Shown here piece by piece: positions 14,200 through 28,277 of a stretch of 64,000 nt of DNA; position 1 is the first letter of the stretch; each line of letters begins with the position of its first letter. The stretch comes from the human T2T-CHM13v2.0 reference genome, Homo sapiens, in assembly GCF_009914755.1 (NCBI RefSeq), contig NC_060947.1; one strand, written 5' to 3'. The notes beneath the pieces are model-generated. The model saw nothing but the letters and a program-made list of their open reading frames with translations. It was not told the origin of the DNA and searched no databases. The position numbers and the translations under genes are program-made.

Positions 14200-15118
14200 T
14201 ATTGACTTAAAAATGACACAATTTGTAAATTTAGAAAGGAGATTTTATTTTTTATAAAGAGTTACAGCCTTCAAGGTGGTCATTTTGACAGTCTGGGAAG
14301 CATAGCCTCTGGCAGAACCTGGAAACAGGCACTTCGAGGGAGAAAGGGGTAAGACAGGAATTTATGCTGGATAGGTTGGCTAAGCATACATATTCAACAG
14401 GTTATAGGAGGAGATATGAATATAATTCAGTGAGTCCTAATGCATGCCTATTGAATAAACATCCATGTTATATATGAACCCCGTTCACATTGGGGTGGAA
14501 ACTTAACATTTAAATATATTACAATTAGTCTCTATAAGTTAAAAGGTAAAGCAGGGACATGAAGGCACTCAAGTTCTGGCCTCTGTAAACTGGCCTAGAA
14601 CCAGCCCATGGTCAGTGGTCTTCTTATCAGGAGAAAGTTACTGAAATCTGTCTCTTGTCCAATCAAAGCTGTAGTTATGGCTTGTGGAACAGGGAGTCAG
14701 TTACTCCGTGTCTGGTAGTGAGCTACAATTGTTTTAATATTGCTTATCTCAAGGCCGGTGTTTGTGTAGCTGTTAGACAAAAAGAAAAATCTTGTAGCAG
14801 TTAAAACATAGTTTACTCTTTAAGTCCAGGCATGCATGACTTAACCCTTACCTGCTATGGCCTTAGGTCCTGTTTATAATTTTGTATCTTATTGCCACAA
14901 AGAGTCCATTCTATTAGCATTAATGATATATATTTTTACATTAACTATGGTCAGTTGTTTTGTCTAAATTGTAAAAGGGAGGGGGTATAATGAGGCGTGT
15001 CTGACCTAGCATCCTCTCACAGCCAGGAACTCAGTTTTTAAGGTTTCTCTGGAGTCCCCTTGGCCAAGAAGTGGTCTGTTCAGTCGGTGGGGGGCTGAGA
15101 TTTTATTTTTAGTTTACA
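14200..15118 (-). mobile_element. ERV1 MER4-group solo LTR (MER4D-like)
   Basis: Minus strand begins TGTAAACTAAAAATAAAATCTCAGCCCCCCACCGACTGAACAGACC...TTGGCCAAGGGGACTCCAGAGAAACC...GGTCAGACACGCCTCATTATACC; about 920 bp. Confidence 0.75.
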
Positions 15119-15129
15119 ATACAAGAAAC

Positions 15130-17370
15130 TAAATTTTGCCAAGAGGAATTAGCTTGGTAATACATTATTTTTTGTCAAGATCCCCAGATACGATCTCAGT
15201 GTAGCTGACACCTTGATTTTAGCTTTGTGAGACCCTGATTAAGGAATTCAGCTGTGAATTCCAAAGTTCTGACCTATAGAACTGTCAGATAATAAGTAGG
15301 TGTTGTTTTAAGCTGCTACATTTGAAGTGATATGTTACACAGTAACAGAATATTAATAAAAATTTTGGTACTGAAAGTAGTGAATGCCTAAATATATGAG
15401 AGTGGCTGGGGAAACCGGCAGTTGATGGAGGCTGGGAGAATTTTGAGGAACACGACGATGTTTATCCAACTGTCAGTAAAAACATATACCCTAAAGATTC
15501 TGCTGGTGAGGGGCCAGTAGTATGTGAGGAGCAAGTTACTAGAAATTGGAGGAAAAAGATCCTTATATTTAGTGGCATGGAAATCTGAGAAATAGTCTCC
15601 AACACTTATGTGGAAAGCCGAACTTGCAAGTGATGCACTGGGACATTTAGCTGTGATGATTTCCAAGCAATGTTTTGAAGTGTAGCCTGGTTTCTTCCTG
15701 CTGCTTATGGCAAAAGGTGACGAGAAAGATATATTGAGAGAATAGCTGTTAAACAAAAAGGAACTAAAACTTGAGGACTGGGAAATACCCATCCTACCCA
15801 AATGGAAAAATACACAAAATTAAGAGATTCCTTCTGAAAGTATGACACAGAGAAAAAGCTGAGGATGTAGTTGTTACAGTCTTTCTCTGAAACCTTAGAA
15901 AAATAAGAAAGTCAGAGCACTCAGTCACACAAAGGTCATTTTCAAGAGATTGAAAGCATGACTCAAATATGCTCTCAATCGAACTAGATGGGCCAAGTCT
16001 AGAGGTCAGAGGCAGAGAAATCAGAGATTCAAAGCATAAGAAGGATTCAGTGTGCTGCTGCTGCTGCCTTAAAGCTGGAGGGTACCATGTGGCAAGGAAT
16101 GAACGTAGCCTTTAGGAGCTGAAACCAGCCACGCTCAGCTACCTCAGCAAGAGACAAAAATAGAGAAAGATGATTTCAAAAATATCTGTCAATGTGAATT
16201 TTCTTCAATGGAGTAAAACCTACTGTAATTTATGCAAGACTCACCTCACAAGATTTTAAAGAAAATTATATCAGTAGAAACACTGCCAACTCTAAATGAA
16301 AGTGATGGAGTACAACATGAGAGAAGGTTGTGAGATCCCCAAAATTCTCTTGAAGAATGGTCTGATAAAACTACTCAGCTGAGAACACATGCTGCATCTA
16401 ATGAAAAAGGAAGGATTACTCAGATCACAGAACCAAGAGCTCGGAGCACAGACCTGACAGTCCAGAGGACACATCCAGAGAGTGAAGCTGAGTGCCACAA
16501 AAGATTTTTCCCAGGCCTTAAAACCTAATAAAGAATTTTTTTGAGCCAGTGACCTCTTTTTATCTTCCATTTTTACCCGCTTTTGTCTATAACTGTTATC
16601 CTGTGCTTGTCACATCATCATAGGTTGGGAATTTTATGGGCAAATAATTTGTCTCCTCAGTTTTACAGATCTGCAGATGGGATGAAATGTCTTCAGGAGC
16701 TTTACTTAATGGATTATGCCCAAGATCCTCATCCACATCTGGTTTATATAATTTAGATGGTGACATGTTTATTTTTGAGCTCATGCTGTAATGGGATGAG
16801 ATTTTGGCGAATCTTGGGAGAAGTTGACAGTATTTTTACATTTGGTAGGGAAATAAATTTGGGGGACCTGAAGGCAGACTATGGTAGGCAGAATTCTAAG
16901 ATGGTTCCCACAAGTTACCAGCCCACAGTGTATTATACATATCTTCTTCCAGTTACTCAATCCAATGCTAATCTATGTGTTGCTGTGAACAGATTTCGCA
17001 GATATAATTAGGTTCCCAGATCTGTTGATCATAACATAGGGAGACAATCTGGGTGAGCCTAACCTAATCACATCATCCCTTTAGATAAGGGTCTAGAGTC
17101 AGAGACAGAAAAGTCACAGGTTAGAAGCTTTAGAAAGAATCAATGTGCAGTTACACAGTGAAGACTGGAGGGGTTCACATCATAAGGAATGCAAATGGCC
17201 TCTAGGAGCTGAAAATGGCTTGCCTGACAGCCAGAAAAAAAAAAAAAAAACTGGGACCACACTCCTACAGCTGCAAGGAAGCAAATTCTGAAAACAACAT
17301 GAAAGAACTTGGGTATATATTTCCCCCAGAACCTCCAATGAGAACTCAGTCTGGCTGAAATTTTGAATCC
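15130..17370 (+). mobile_element. MaLR MLT1 LTR and internal fragments
   Basis: MLT1 LTR 3' end (ctgacctatagaactgtcagataata...tgttgttttaagctgc), MLT1-int-like text, and an MLT1 LTR start tatggtaggcagaattctaagatgg near 16880. Confidence 0.65.
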
Positions 17371-18300
17371 TCCGCAAGACATCTAGGACCTCTAAAATCC
17401 TCCTCATCATTAATTATCCAAATAATTCTCTTCAAGTCCCTGACCAGCCGATTGCTGGTTTTAGTCATTGCTCATGAGACAGGGTAGATCCATACCTCCA
17501 ACCATTAAGAGTTCTATACAAAATGGACAATCATATGATTCACTCAAAATCGTACCCCAAATCCTAGCATGTCTTTTTCCTACTATTCTGGGTTATCCCT
17601 GAGTGGGACTATAATGAGGCAGCCATCCACTTGTACCTACTATCAATATACCAGGAAGATACAACCAGGAACTGATACATTGTTTCATATCTCTTTTTCT
17701 AACTGGTCACAAGGATGAAGAATTCACCAAGATGCCATATATGATATATGTTGGTTGAGAGAGAGGCAATGAGTCTGATCAAACTGCACATGAAATTTAC
17801 TTGTGCCTTCTTGGTTTACTCAGGTCTGATCTTGTAAAGCCATTTGCAATTAACGGTTGAAAGCTGATGTCCACACAAAACTTTATTATTCAACAGAGTA
17901 GACAGCAACACATTCATTAAGAGTAGCTTGTTAGTATGGAAAATTAATACCTCATGGTCAGGTGTTAAGTCTCTACTGGGTTTGATAGCAAGCCAGGAGC
18001 AGATTCTCAAATGTAGACTAGTTGCCAAGAAAAGAGGGAATGATTTTGCTTAAAAAACCCTAGAGGCATATACTTTAATCTACTACTGGGGCTTTCTAAA
18101 ACTCCATGGAGCCTCTCTTTCTAGCATGGACACAATACAATTGGATCTGCAGGGTCATGAGGCTGAAGTGTCAGAGAAGCCCGCACTACAGTCTGGAACT
18201 ACTGTAGATCTTTTACTTGCTCTGGGTACCACTTAAAACTGGAAACCATATGGAGTCCAAGAACAAAATCAGTATGATATATATTGTCTCTAAAATCTAA

Positions 18301-18766
<466 letters not shown>

Positions 18767-19592
18767 TAGCACAGATTCCACAGTTGTTTAGTTTCACTTT
18801 GCAGAGCCTGTCTTCCAGGGGCTAAGAAGTTTCACCCCTTACAGTGAGGGAGCTCTCCTTGGTGCTGCTGAATATGCGTTCTTTAGTAAGCGAAGCTTTT
18901 ACTGTGAACTATATATAGTGAACTAATATCTCTGCTGATATTCTGCTATATATAGAAGGTCCTATACAGCCTGTAAAGCCCATTACTCCTCATTACTTTG
19001 GAGAATGTAAGTAAATCCTGTTAGACAATTTAAGTTATTTGTCCAAAGTTATTTAGGTAGACAGAGGCTAAACTTGGAGTCTCAGTCATTATTATTTACA
19101 TTTTTATTAAGTGCTTACTACTTGTCAGTTACTTGTGTTGGGCACTAGCAATACAAATATAAAATGGACATGCCATACTTTGAGATGCAGAATCCAGTGC
19201 AGTCTTTCTCAATTTTTTTGCTGCAGCCCACAGTCAGAAATTTATTTTCATCATAACTCATGGTGCACACACATACATACGTACGTAACTGAAACACAAA
19301 TTTCACAAAAAATATTCAGTCTATTTACAATGCTATTTGCTATTTGATATTTTCTGTTTGGCTGTATTCAAGTCTATTCTATCCTATTTCATTTTTAAAA
19401 AATTACCTATCTTGACCCATTGAATTGATTTCAAGATCTACTTTTCATGGGGGAAGGACAACTTCATTTTGAAAAACATGGGCTTATTTAATAATCTGTG
19501 ATGTGTGTCTTATATAGCACATATATTTATATTTTTAGGCACATATTTTATGTAAAGGTGGGAGTGGGGAGCCTGAAGGGTCTCTTTCTAAG

Positions 19593-19745
19593 CCAGTGCT
19601 TCTCAAACTTCAATGTGCATAGGAATCTTCTTGGGATCTTGTTAAAATGAAGATTCTAACTTATTAGGTCTGAGGCAAGACCTGAGATTCTGCGTTTCTA
19701 ATTAGTTCCCCAGGTGATGACTATGCAGCTTTTTCATGGACCACA
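19593..19745. mobile_element. MER5A-like DNA transposon
   Basis: cagtgcttctcaaacttcaatgtgcataggaatc...cttgttaaaatgaagattct...ccccaggtgatg...ggaccaca; opposite orientation to 9358-9530. Confidence 0.75.
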
Positions 19746-21075
19746 ACATGTTCATTACAAAGGATTTAAAACTCAAATGTATTGATGGGTCTGCCGAACT
19801 GCTAAAGTGTTACCTGACAAGTTTCCTGAGAGTGAACTCAACAGAGAAAAGAGCATCTGCAGACAAGATATTAACCCATGAGAACAGCACAACCACTATC
19901 ATGCAGGTATTTTTTCCTGGCCTAGCCTGCAATATCTCAGTTTTGTGAGGACAATATTTATGTATGCAAAACAAAGAAATAAGGAATACACATAAATGAT
20001 TATTTTGGCAAAAAGAATTTGGAAGATATTAATGAGAGGCCCAAGCAGCACCAAGGTGATATCCATGTGTACCTGGTTACTGTAACTATAAAGTGGAGAG
20101 AGGGCTTTATCCACTTCTACGGGGGTCATGGGTTGGTGGACATTGCTCACCAGTGACTCCAGAGAAAATGACAGGGCTTTGACACCATAAATCCTCTATC
20201 AGTAAAGGGTGCAGGACCCGGGAAAAAGGGCATAGTGCCCAGCAGACATGGAAGTATCCAGGAGAGAGTGGCATCTACTTCTTAGCTGCCTGGAAATATT
20301 CCTAGACATGGTGAGAACTCCCTCAGTCCTCCTCCAATGTGTCTGATTCCATCGACTTTCCTGCCACTGTATGGGAATAGTTTAGGAGCCATTCCTCCCC
20401 TGAGTGCCTAGTGGGGACCAGGTCACAACACAGCTCACATACTTAGTATCTCATCTGATCCACCAGGCAGTCCTGTGAGGCAAGTATTACCCTTATTTTA
20501 CAAATGACAAGATTGACTCTTACAGCAATAGATCTGTTAGAATTTCCAGGTTGATTCCTTTAGCTTTTAGTCCCAGAGATAATATGAATTTTACCTGTCA
20601 TCTTATGTTCTGATAACAGGAATTCTGAGTGTCTTTATTGCCTTTGTAAGCGCACCAAACAGTTCAATTTCTTAGTATGTATTGTATTCAGCTTTTATTT
20701 ATTTTTCAGTATGACAAATATTTAGTATTATATTTTAGTATGGGTCTGAGTATGCAGACCCAGCACTCATGTTAGAAGACCCAGGAACATGATAGAGGAC
20801 CTAGCAACAGTGCCCACTGACCTGGCTCGACCTAGGGAAGACATAGGGATGTGCACAGCAGCAGAGGAATATCATGGAGGTACATACAAGAGGTGGTAGG
20901 ACTCATTTTTGAATACAGGTGAGACCTATTCTTGGCTACCCTTCAGGAATAACCATTGCCTGCTTTTTAGTGTACATGCTTTCAGGGTTTTCTTTGCGCA
21001 GAAATGCATTATACAAACATTTACATTTTTATAAATATTGGCTGATAACCGTATACGAGGTTCTGCAAACTGTTC

Positions 21076-21089
21076 TTTATTTATTTATT
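21076..21089 (-). terminator. TCEAL6: TCEAL6 polyadenylation signal(s) (probable)
   Basis: Overlapping TTTATT hexamers (AATAAA on minus) about 225 nt downstream of the stop. Confidence 0.6.
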
Positions 21090-21312
21090 TTTTACAATGT
21101 GTCATGAACATCTTTTCCATGCACATGGGTGAAAATCCTCTACTAAAATATAGAGCGCTGTAGTTGGGTCAAAAGGCTGCTGGTAACGAGATTGACATCT
21201 AAAGCAAAAATATCAGCTTAAGGTTAAAGCATTGGGCCTGGCAAATATCTACCAGGGAAAGCAGGGTTGACAATAATCTCATCAGAGAAGTCAGAATGGA
21301 AGGCCAAAGGCA

Positions 21313-21915
21313 TTAAAGGTATGGGATATCGTGTAAGCCTCTTTGGCCCCTACCTCCACCCCTCACTCCCCTGACACCCCGTTGTCCCCTTGGGGCGAAT
21401 GGATCCTGTACATCTCTTTGCATCCAATGAAAACCACCCATTTTCTGTTTTTTCCTTAGCTCCTCCTGAGCCCTTGACACATCTCCACATTCTCTCATCA
21501 TCTCCTCACTGCTCAGATGCCTTTCCTGTAAGTCCTCCTGAGAGTCCTTGGGGGAATCGTCCGTCCCCCTGTCTGTTTTTCTTTTTGCTTTCCGGGGCAC
21601 ATAATCTCCAGCCGGGCGCTTTTCGGCGGCCCGCGGCTGGCCCTCTGGCTTTGCCTGGGAGGCTGGCTTGCCCTCGCCTTGTGGCTTGCCCTCACCTTCG
21701 GACTTGCCCTGCTTTTCCTGGCTTCCCTTATCTTCCAGTTGTCCCTCATCACCTGGCTCTCCCTCAGCCTTTCGCTTTCCCTCGCATTCTGTCTTCCCCT
21801 CCGCGTCTGGCTTTTCTTCCTCGTCTGACTTTCCTTCATCATCAGGCTCTACTTCATCTTCTGGCTTTCCCTCGTTTTCCAGGTTTCCTTCATTTTTATT
21901 GTAGGGTTTTTCCAT
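21313..21915 (-). CDS. TCEAL6: Transcription elongation factor A (SII)-like 6, 200 aa (TCEAL3/5/6 subgroup)
   Basis: MEKPYNKNEGNLENEGKPEDEVEPDDEGK...GGFHWMQRDVQDPFAPRGQRGVRGVRGGGRGQRGLHDIPYL; acceptor cccccag| with exon starting 21939; position between TCEAL2 and BEX5 identifies the paralog. Confidence 0.92.
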   Translation of the reverse strand: MEKPYNKNEGNLENEGKPEDEVEPDDEGKSDEEEKPDAEGKTECEGKRKAEGEPGDEGQLEDKGSQEKQGKSEGEGKPQGEGKPASQAKPEGQPRAAEKRPAGDYVPRKAKRKTDRGTDDSPKDSQEDLQERHLSSEEMMRECGDVSRAQEELRKKQKMGGFHWMQRDVQDPFAPRGQRGVRGVRGGGRGQRGLHDIPYL

Positions 21916-22297
21916 GTCGAGATTTCTCTTTTTCCTGTCCTGGGGGATGACAGTGGAGGGAAGAGGAGACAAATAAGAGACATGGGAGACTGAGGGCATG
22001 GGGTGGAATGCAGGTCTGGATACTACTTGCATCTCACCCCTGGTGAGGGTTCCCCTAAGCTGGCCGGGCCTCCAAGAGGGCCTTCTGCCCAGCACGTAGC
22101 CCACCACTCCTCCCACACACGTGAGCCAGCCATACCCTGGCAGGCCCTGCCACCTTCTCTGAACTGATTCAGCCTGGTAAGGTGTGTGTTCACGTGGGTG
22201 GGGTTATGTGCAGGGGTCCCAATTTGGCCTTGGCCGGGCCCTCCACACTCTCAACCCTTGTGGGCCCCTGTCCATGCAGCCCCCTGCTTTCACGGAC

Positions 22298-22370
22298 CTG
22301 CGGGGAGTCTGGACAGGTTGCTCTTCCTTTGCAGGCCTCCAAGAGCGCTGGGAACAACAGACGCGCAGAC
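22298..22370 (-). other. TCEAL6: TCEAL6 non-coding exon 2 (73 nt)
   Basis: Mirror of 6959-7031 with the same CAG| acceptor and |GTCCGT donor. Confidence 0.72.
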
Positions 22371-22749
22371 CTGCGGACAGACAGGAGACAGGGGTAGGGG
22401 CTGCGCGCTCAGCGGGCTCACAGGGACTCCGTTCCCTTTTCTGAGTCTAGGCCCTGCTCACCCAATGTTTTCCTCCCCTACCTCCCCCGCACCCCAGCCG
22501 CCATTTCTTTCCAGGCCTCGGGCACCAAACCAGGATGCTTCCAAACTGCGTTTGCCTCTTTGTGCCCCTTCCCCCGGAGGCAACCTGTCTCAGCGCCACC
22601 CCGTTTTTGCGGAGGTCAGATGTTTCCATGGGAGCGGATTGTGAGAGGGGGTTATTTCCAGAATAAGTCTGTGTTTCACTGTCGCACTGCGGGGTCGCTA
22701 CCCCCAGCCCCCCATTTCCAGCACTAAAATGGATGGAGGGCTCAGTGCA

Positions 22750-23130
22750 AGGGGCGTCGAGAAGGCGAGCCAGGTTCGCTTCGGGGTGCTCCCTCCCCTG
22801 CCCCCGCCCCGGCCCGCTCAGCATCCCCCTCCTCCCCAATCTACCGGATCCCTTCTCCGCCCCCTCCCCAATCCTACTGCCAGCCCCCTCCACCCCTGTC
22901 CCAGGGTCCGCCGGCAGCGCACGCCTTCACACTGACCTGCGGGGACCCAGGACAGGCCTGTGCCTCCTGCGGCTCGCTGAAGCCCGCTCGCTGCTCCCCC
23001 GCCGCCTGGGCAGCTCAGACAGCTGATTCTGCGCGGGCGCCTGGACCGGACCGCTGGGCGGGCGGGCGGGCGCGGGGGCTGGTGCCCACGTAGGCGCCTG
23101 GTCACTCACGTGAGCACCGCGTCACGGGAG
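22750..23130 (-). promoter_or_regulatory. TCEAL6: TCEAL6 CpG-island promoter and first exon
   Basis: CpG-rich; TCACGTGA at 23106-23113 with adjacent GCGTCA; exon-1 donor boundary at 22937. Confidence 0.8.
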
Positions 23131-23980
23131 CTAGGCCACCACCACCCCCTTCCCGCCCACCTCACCATCCATCCCCGAGGGACCAGGAGGTTGCGGAAGG
23201 TGGGAGAGGGTGTGTGTAACAAAGGAGTGGGGGTCATCAAGAAGAAGAGGAGGAGGGGGTGGCTTTCTGATCTCAGGTGCTTTACCTGACGCAGCTCACA
23301 GCATCCTCGCAAGGCATCTCTCTCTGATGCCCATTATCGCCAGGTGTGACAGCTGATCAGAGAGGGTACCCGACTTTGCCAAGAGCGCTTAGCCCCAGAA
23401 CTCCACAGCCCACTTTCAATACCGGCTCTGCCTGACTCCAGAGCCCGGGGGGTAGTGGTGCCTGCCAGGAAGCTGAGCTGCCACCTTGAGTGGCGGTGTT
23501 CCTGGGGTTCTGTCCTGGGCCTCCTCTCTCCTCAGTCCTCAAGTTGTCTCTCCCTGTGTGATCTCATTCATTTCCAGTAAACACCGATGACTCCCAGATC
23601 TACAGCTCCAGGCTGTTCCCTTCTCCGTGTCTCATATCAGCTTTGCCAACTGTTTATTGGACATCACCGCCTGAGTATCCCTGAGGGACACGGTATGTAA
23701 AAACCCTGTACCACAAATTGATTTCAAAAGCCCATGTACCCCAAATTGATTTACCAACTTCCTTCTTATAATCTCCATTGGCCTTTCTCCACACTTGAAA
23801 GTTACCTTCCAACAGTTGACCAGTTTTCATAGAAAGAGAATGTCAGACAGCTAGAAAGGAAAGCATTCAAACGTTTTTAATATGAACTGCAGATCCACAA
23901 ATTCATCATAACCCTTGGTTCACAACATGCTCTTCTCATTGACTACTCTTCTCTCCCCTGCTTTCCCTTCTTTTCCCCCA

Positions 23981-24138
23981 CTGTTTACTTTCGTTCCATT
24001 GTTTTTCTCTTTCACATTTGTGAAACCACCACTAAACCCAAAGAACTAGAAAATTGCTAATAACTGTTTACTTTCCTTCCATTGTTTTTCTCTTTCACAT
24101 TTGTGAAACCACCACTGAACCCAAAGAACTAGAAAATT
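23981..24138. repeat. 83-bp-period tandem duplication (2 copies)
   Basis: ctgtttactttc(g/c)ttccattgtttttctctttcacatttgtgaaaccaccact(a/g)aacccaaagaactagaaaatt at 23981 and again at 24064. Confidence 0.92.
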
Positions 24139-25057
24139 TTTAATATTCTTGTCACTACAGTGTAGTGTCATATATTTGGGTTTTGACAAGATACTTATAA
24201 CATGTTTTTGTTTGGATCTCTTTCAGATTATCCTGTTTGGAGTGTATTGAACTTCTTGGATACATCGATTAGTGTCTTTCCTCAAGTTTGAGTAATTTGC
24301 AGTCATTTTTCCTTTGAAAATTCTTTCTTCTCTATTCTGTTTCTCTCCTTGTTGAACCCCCATCATGCATAGGTGTGCTCTGTTCATTTTTCACATTACT
24401 TTTATTTTTCTGCTCCTCGGACTGAATAATCTCAATTGACCTATTTTAAGTTCACTGATTCTTTTGCCTGCCCAAACCTACTGTTGTACCCCTCTAGTGA
24501 CTTTTAGTTATTGTACTTTTCAAATAAAGAATTTCTATTTATTTTATAATTTCTACATCTCTTTGTATTTTTACATCTTTACTGATATTGTGTATTTGCT
24601 GAGACATTCTTCTCTTTTTCTTTAGTCCTTTGTTTACGATTTCCTTTAGTTCTTCGAGCATATATAAGACAGTTGATTAAAAATATTTTCTAGATATTCT
24701 AATACACGGGCTTTTTCATGATAGTATCTAATTATTTCTTTCCTGTGTATGGGCTATGTTTTCTTATTTCCTTATATGCCTCACAAAGTTTTGTTGAAAT
24801 CTGTATATTTTGATTCTAATATGTTGACTCTGGAAATTAGATTTTCCCTCTTCCTTGGGTTTTGTTGTTACTCTCTCGTGGGTTATTGTTTACTTAGTGA
24901 CTTTTTAAAGTATTTTAGCAAATTATGTATTCTTTGTCATGTGTGGCCACTGAAGTCTGTGTTTTATTAGCTTATTAATCAGCTGGTGTTTGGATGCCGT
25001 TACTCTAAGTACCTAAAGCCAACAAAAGAAAAACAATAAATAAAAAAATAATTTCCT

Positions 25058-25365
<308 letters not shown>

Positions 25366-27784
25366 TTTCCCAGTCTTTGCAGATGAACTCTGAGTTGGAG
25401 TACCTTTTTAATGCTTTGCATTTTTCTTATGCAGAGCCTGAAGCTCAAATTCAATGAAGTTGAATGCTTGCATTTTCTCTGGTCTTTTCTGAGTATGTGT
25501 CCCACCCTTGGCATACACATGGCCTTCTTGATTTTCCAGTATATATAAAGGGTTTTTTAAAATGCTTGTTCTTCCACATATCTTGTTTCCCTAACTCTTC
25601 CTTCTCAGGCTTCTCGGTCTGTTCATTGCTTATTCTGAGTGTTGTCCTTTGCTCCAGACTTCTTTGGTCAATACCTGTGATTTTAAATGCTTCTGGCAAA
25701 AGCCAACTGGAGAGCCAATGCAGCCCAAGCCCTGGGAGTCCTCCCAGTCTGGTGTAATGAAAGAAGCCTTAGTGATGAAAGTGCTGCCAGGCAGGCTGAT
25801 AGCCATACCACACTTCTATGAGAATACGGTCCAAATTCCTACCACTGGTACTAGCTATCTAAACCAGGATAGTGGGCTATCATCAACAGATCACTGCTAA
25901 TCTGGGGCATAGAGAATGGTAGATAGGCAATTGAAAATTTCTTTCTTACCACAAATTAGCAGCTTTTATTCTTCACCAAATTTTCCTCTCATTGTTATAA
26001 TTTTTTGACTGGATTCCAGAGTTCTGAGAAAGCTGATGGTAGCAGTTTTTGCCAGCTCACTAATTGCTCATTATGGAGTTCCGGAGTTCCATACACTACC
26101 ATTTTTAATGATGTTACTTGTGTTTCTATTTCTTTTTAAGTCAATTGGGTAGGTTGTGTCTTTTTTGGAATTCATCCCATTCATCTACCTTGTCTCATTT
26201 TTTTGTCATGCAGTTGTTAATAGTATTACCTTATAATCTTTTTTTATATATCTGTAGAGTTGCTAATGATGACCCCTCTTTTATTCCTGATTTTAATAGT
26301 TTCAGTCTTCATCATTTTTTATTGGTGAGTGTAGCTAAAGTTTTGTCAGGTTTTATATATATTTTCAAAGAACAAACTTTTAGTTTCATTGATGTTCTAT
26401 TCTGTAATTCATTTATTTCCACTCTAGTGGTTACTATTCCCTTCCTTCTGATTTCTTTGATTTAAGTTGCTCTTCTTTCTGTAGCTTTTTAAGATGAAAG
26501 TTTACTGATATGGGATTTTCATCTTTTCAAAGTAAACATTTACTGTTACACATTTCCATCTAAATGCTGCTTAACTATATCCCATAACTTTTGATGTGTT
26601 GTGGGGTTTTTTTTTGTTTTTAAAGTATTTTCCAATTTCTCTCATGATATTTCAGGTTGAATTGAAGTACATTGTTTAATTTCCACATATTTGCAGGGTT
26701 TTTGAATTTCTTTATGTTGTTGATTACAAATTTAATTCCATTATGATCATGGAATATTATTTTTATAATTTCAATACTTTTAAGTGTATATAGGATTTTA
26801 TTATTTATTATGTAGTCTTTCCAGGAAAATGTTCCATGGGTGCTTGACAAGAATGTGTATGCTTATGCTGTTTGGAGTGTTCTATACATGTCTGTTATTC
26901 CAGTTGGTTTTGTAGTTTTGTTTAAGTCTTCTGTTTCCTTGTTGATATTCTTATTTGTTTCATTTATTTTTGAATGTGTGGTTTTGAAGTCTCCAATTAC
27001 TATTGTTAAATTATCTTGATTCTCTTCTAATTTTTTCCTTCTATTCTGTAAGTTTTTGCTTTATGTATTTTGGAAATCTGTTTTATGTTCATATATGTTT
27101 ATAATTTTTGTATAGTCCTGAAGGATAGGACTTGTTATATAACACGTTTTTATTCTACGATAACATTTTTTGTCTTAATGTCTTTTTCATCTGACTCTTT
27201 TGGTTATTCTTTGCATAGTATATATTTTCCATCCTTTCACATTAATTTTATTTGCTTATTTAAATATATTCTCTTTTAGATAGTGTATAGTTGTATCATG
27301 CTTTTTTTTTTTTACCCATTCTGCTACTTTCTGCCTTTTGACTGAAGTGTTTAATCAACTTATATTTAATGCAATAATGATAAGGTGATATTTACATTTG
27401 CTGTTTTGCTATTTGTTTTCCATTTGTTGTGTGTTTTTGTTCCTCTATTTCTCCATTATTGAATTACTTTTAAAAGGATATTTTTTTGGCCTACCATTTT
27501 AATTCTCCTTTTTCTTGTACAAAGTTTTTGAATAATTTTCTTGTGTAGTTGGCCTAGGGATTAAAATTAGTATATTAATTTAAAACAAGTGAATTTGTAT
27601 CAATAATTTTAATGGGATGCAAAACTATCTCCATTTCCTCTTTCCTCCTTTGTGATTTAGGAAGAGTGTCATAGAAATTACATCTTAGCCATTATATCTG
27701 TTTTGTAATTATTGTTTTATCAAGTTTTCTTTCTAATCTAATAAGAGAAAAATGAGTTACAGACAAATATACGTTTATAACTAT

Positions 27785-28277
27785 TTGTATTTATTTCCTA
27801 TTGTTGCTGTAACAATTACCACAAACTTAGTGGCTTAAAATAGGAAAAACTTATTCTCTTACAATGCTAGAAGTAAGAAATTAAAATGCCTTCATGGGGT
27901 TTTAACCAGAGTCAGCAGGTATCCACTGCCTTATTTTTTTCAACTTCTGGAGCTGAATTTCTTGTATTCCTTGGCTTACGTCCCCTTCATTCATCTTAAA
28001 AGCCAGCAGCATAGTATCTTCAAATGTCTCTCTGCTTCCATCATCACATACCTTTCTTTCTCCTTTGTGTCAAATTTCCCTGTGTCTCCTTATAAGAACA
28101 CTTGTGATTGCATTTAGGGCCCACCTAGATAATTCAGGATAATTAAGACACTTAATAACATCTCAAGATACCTAATAACATCTTCAAAGTCTCTTTTTGG
28201 CATAAAAAGTAACATTCACAGGTTCCAGGGGTTTGGACATGCATAACTTTTGGAAACCCACTATTCTGTCTACCACA
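27785..28277 (-). mobile_element. MaLR MLT1 solo LTR
   Basis: tgtatttatttcctattgttgctgtaacaattaccacaaacttagtggcttaaaa...ctattctgtctaccaca. Confidence 0.75.

Larger units (their letters stand above)
19590..24140 (-). repeat. Right arm of inverted TCEAL2/TCEAL6 duplicon
   Basis: 22821-23041 is the exact reverse complement of 6288-6508; spurious ORF translations are identical in both arms (e.g. 5750+ vs 23357-). Confidence 0.9.

Noticed and set aside
21313-22116. 267-aa version of TCEAL6 from the ORF track
   Set aside because: Starts at a non-ATG codon inside intron 2; the acceptor at 21940 and family N-terminus MEK support the ATG at 21915.
23981-24138. Repeat-spacer-like pattern (also 2640-2695 and 41952-42061) as a CRISPR-like array
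   Set aside because: Only two adjacent copies with no unique spacers, in mammalian DNA; simple tandem duplications.
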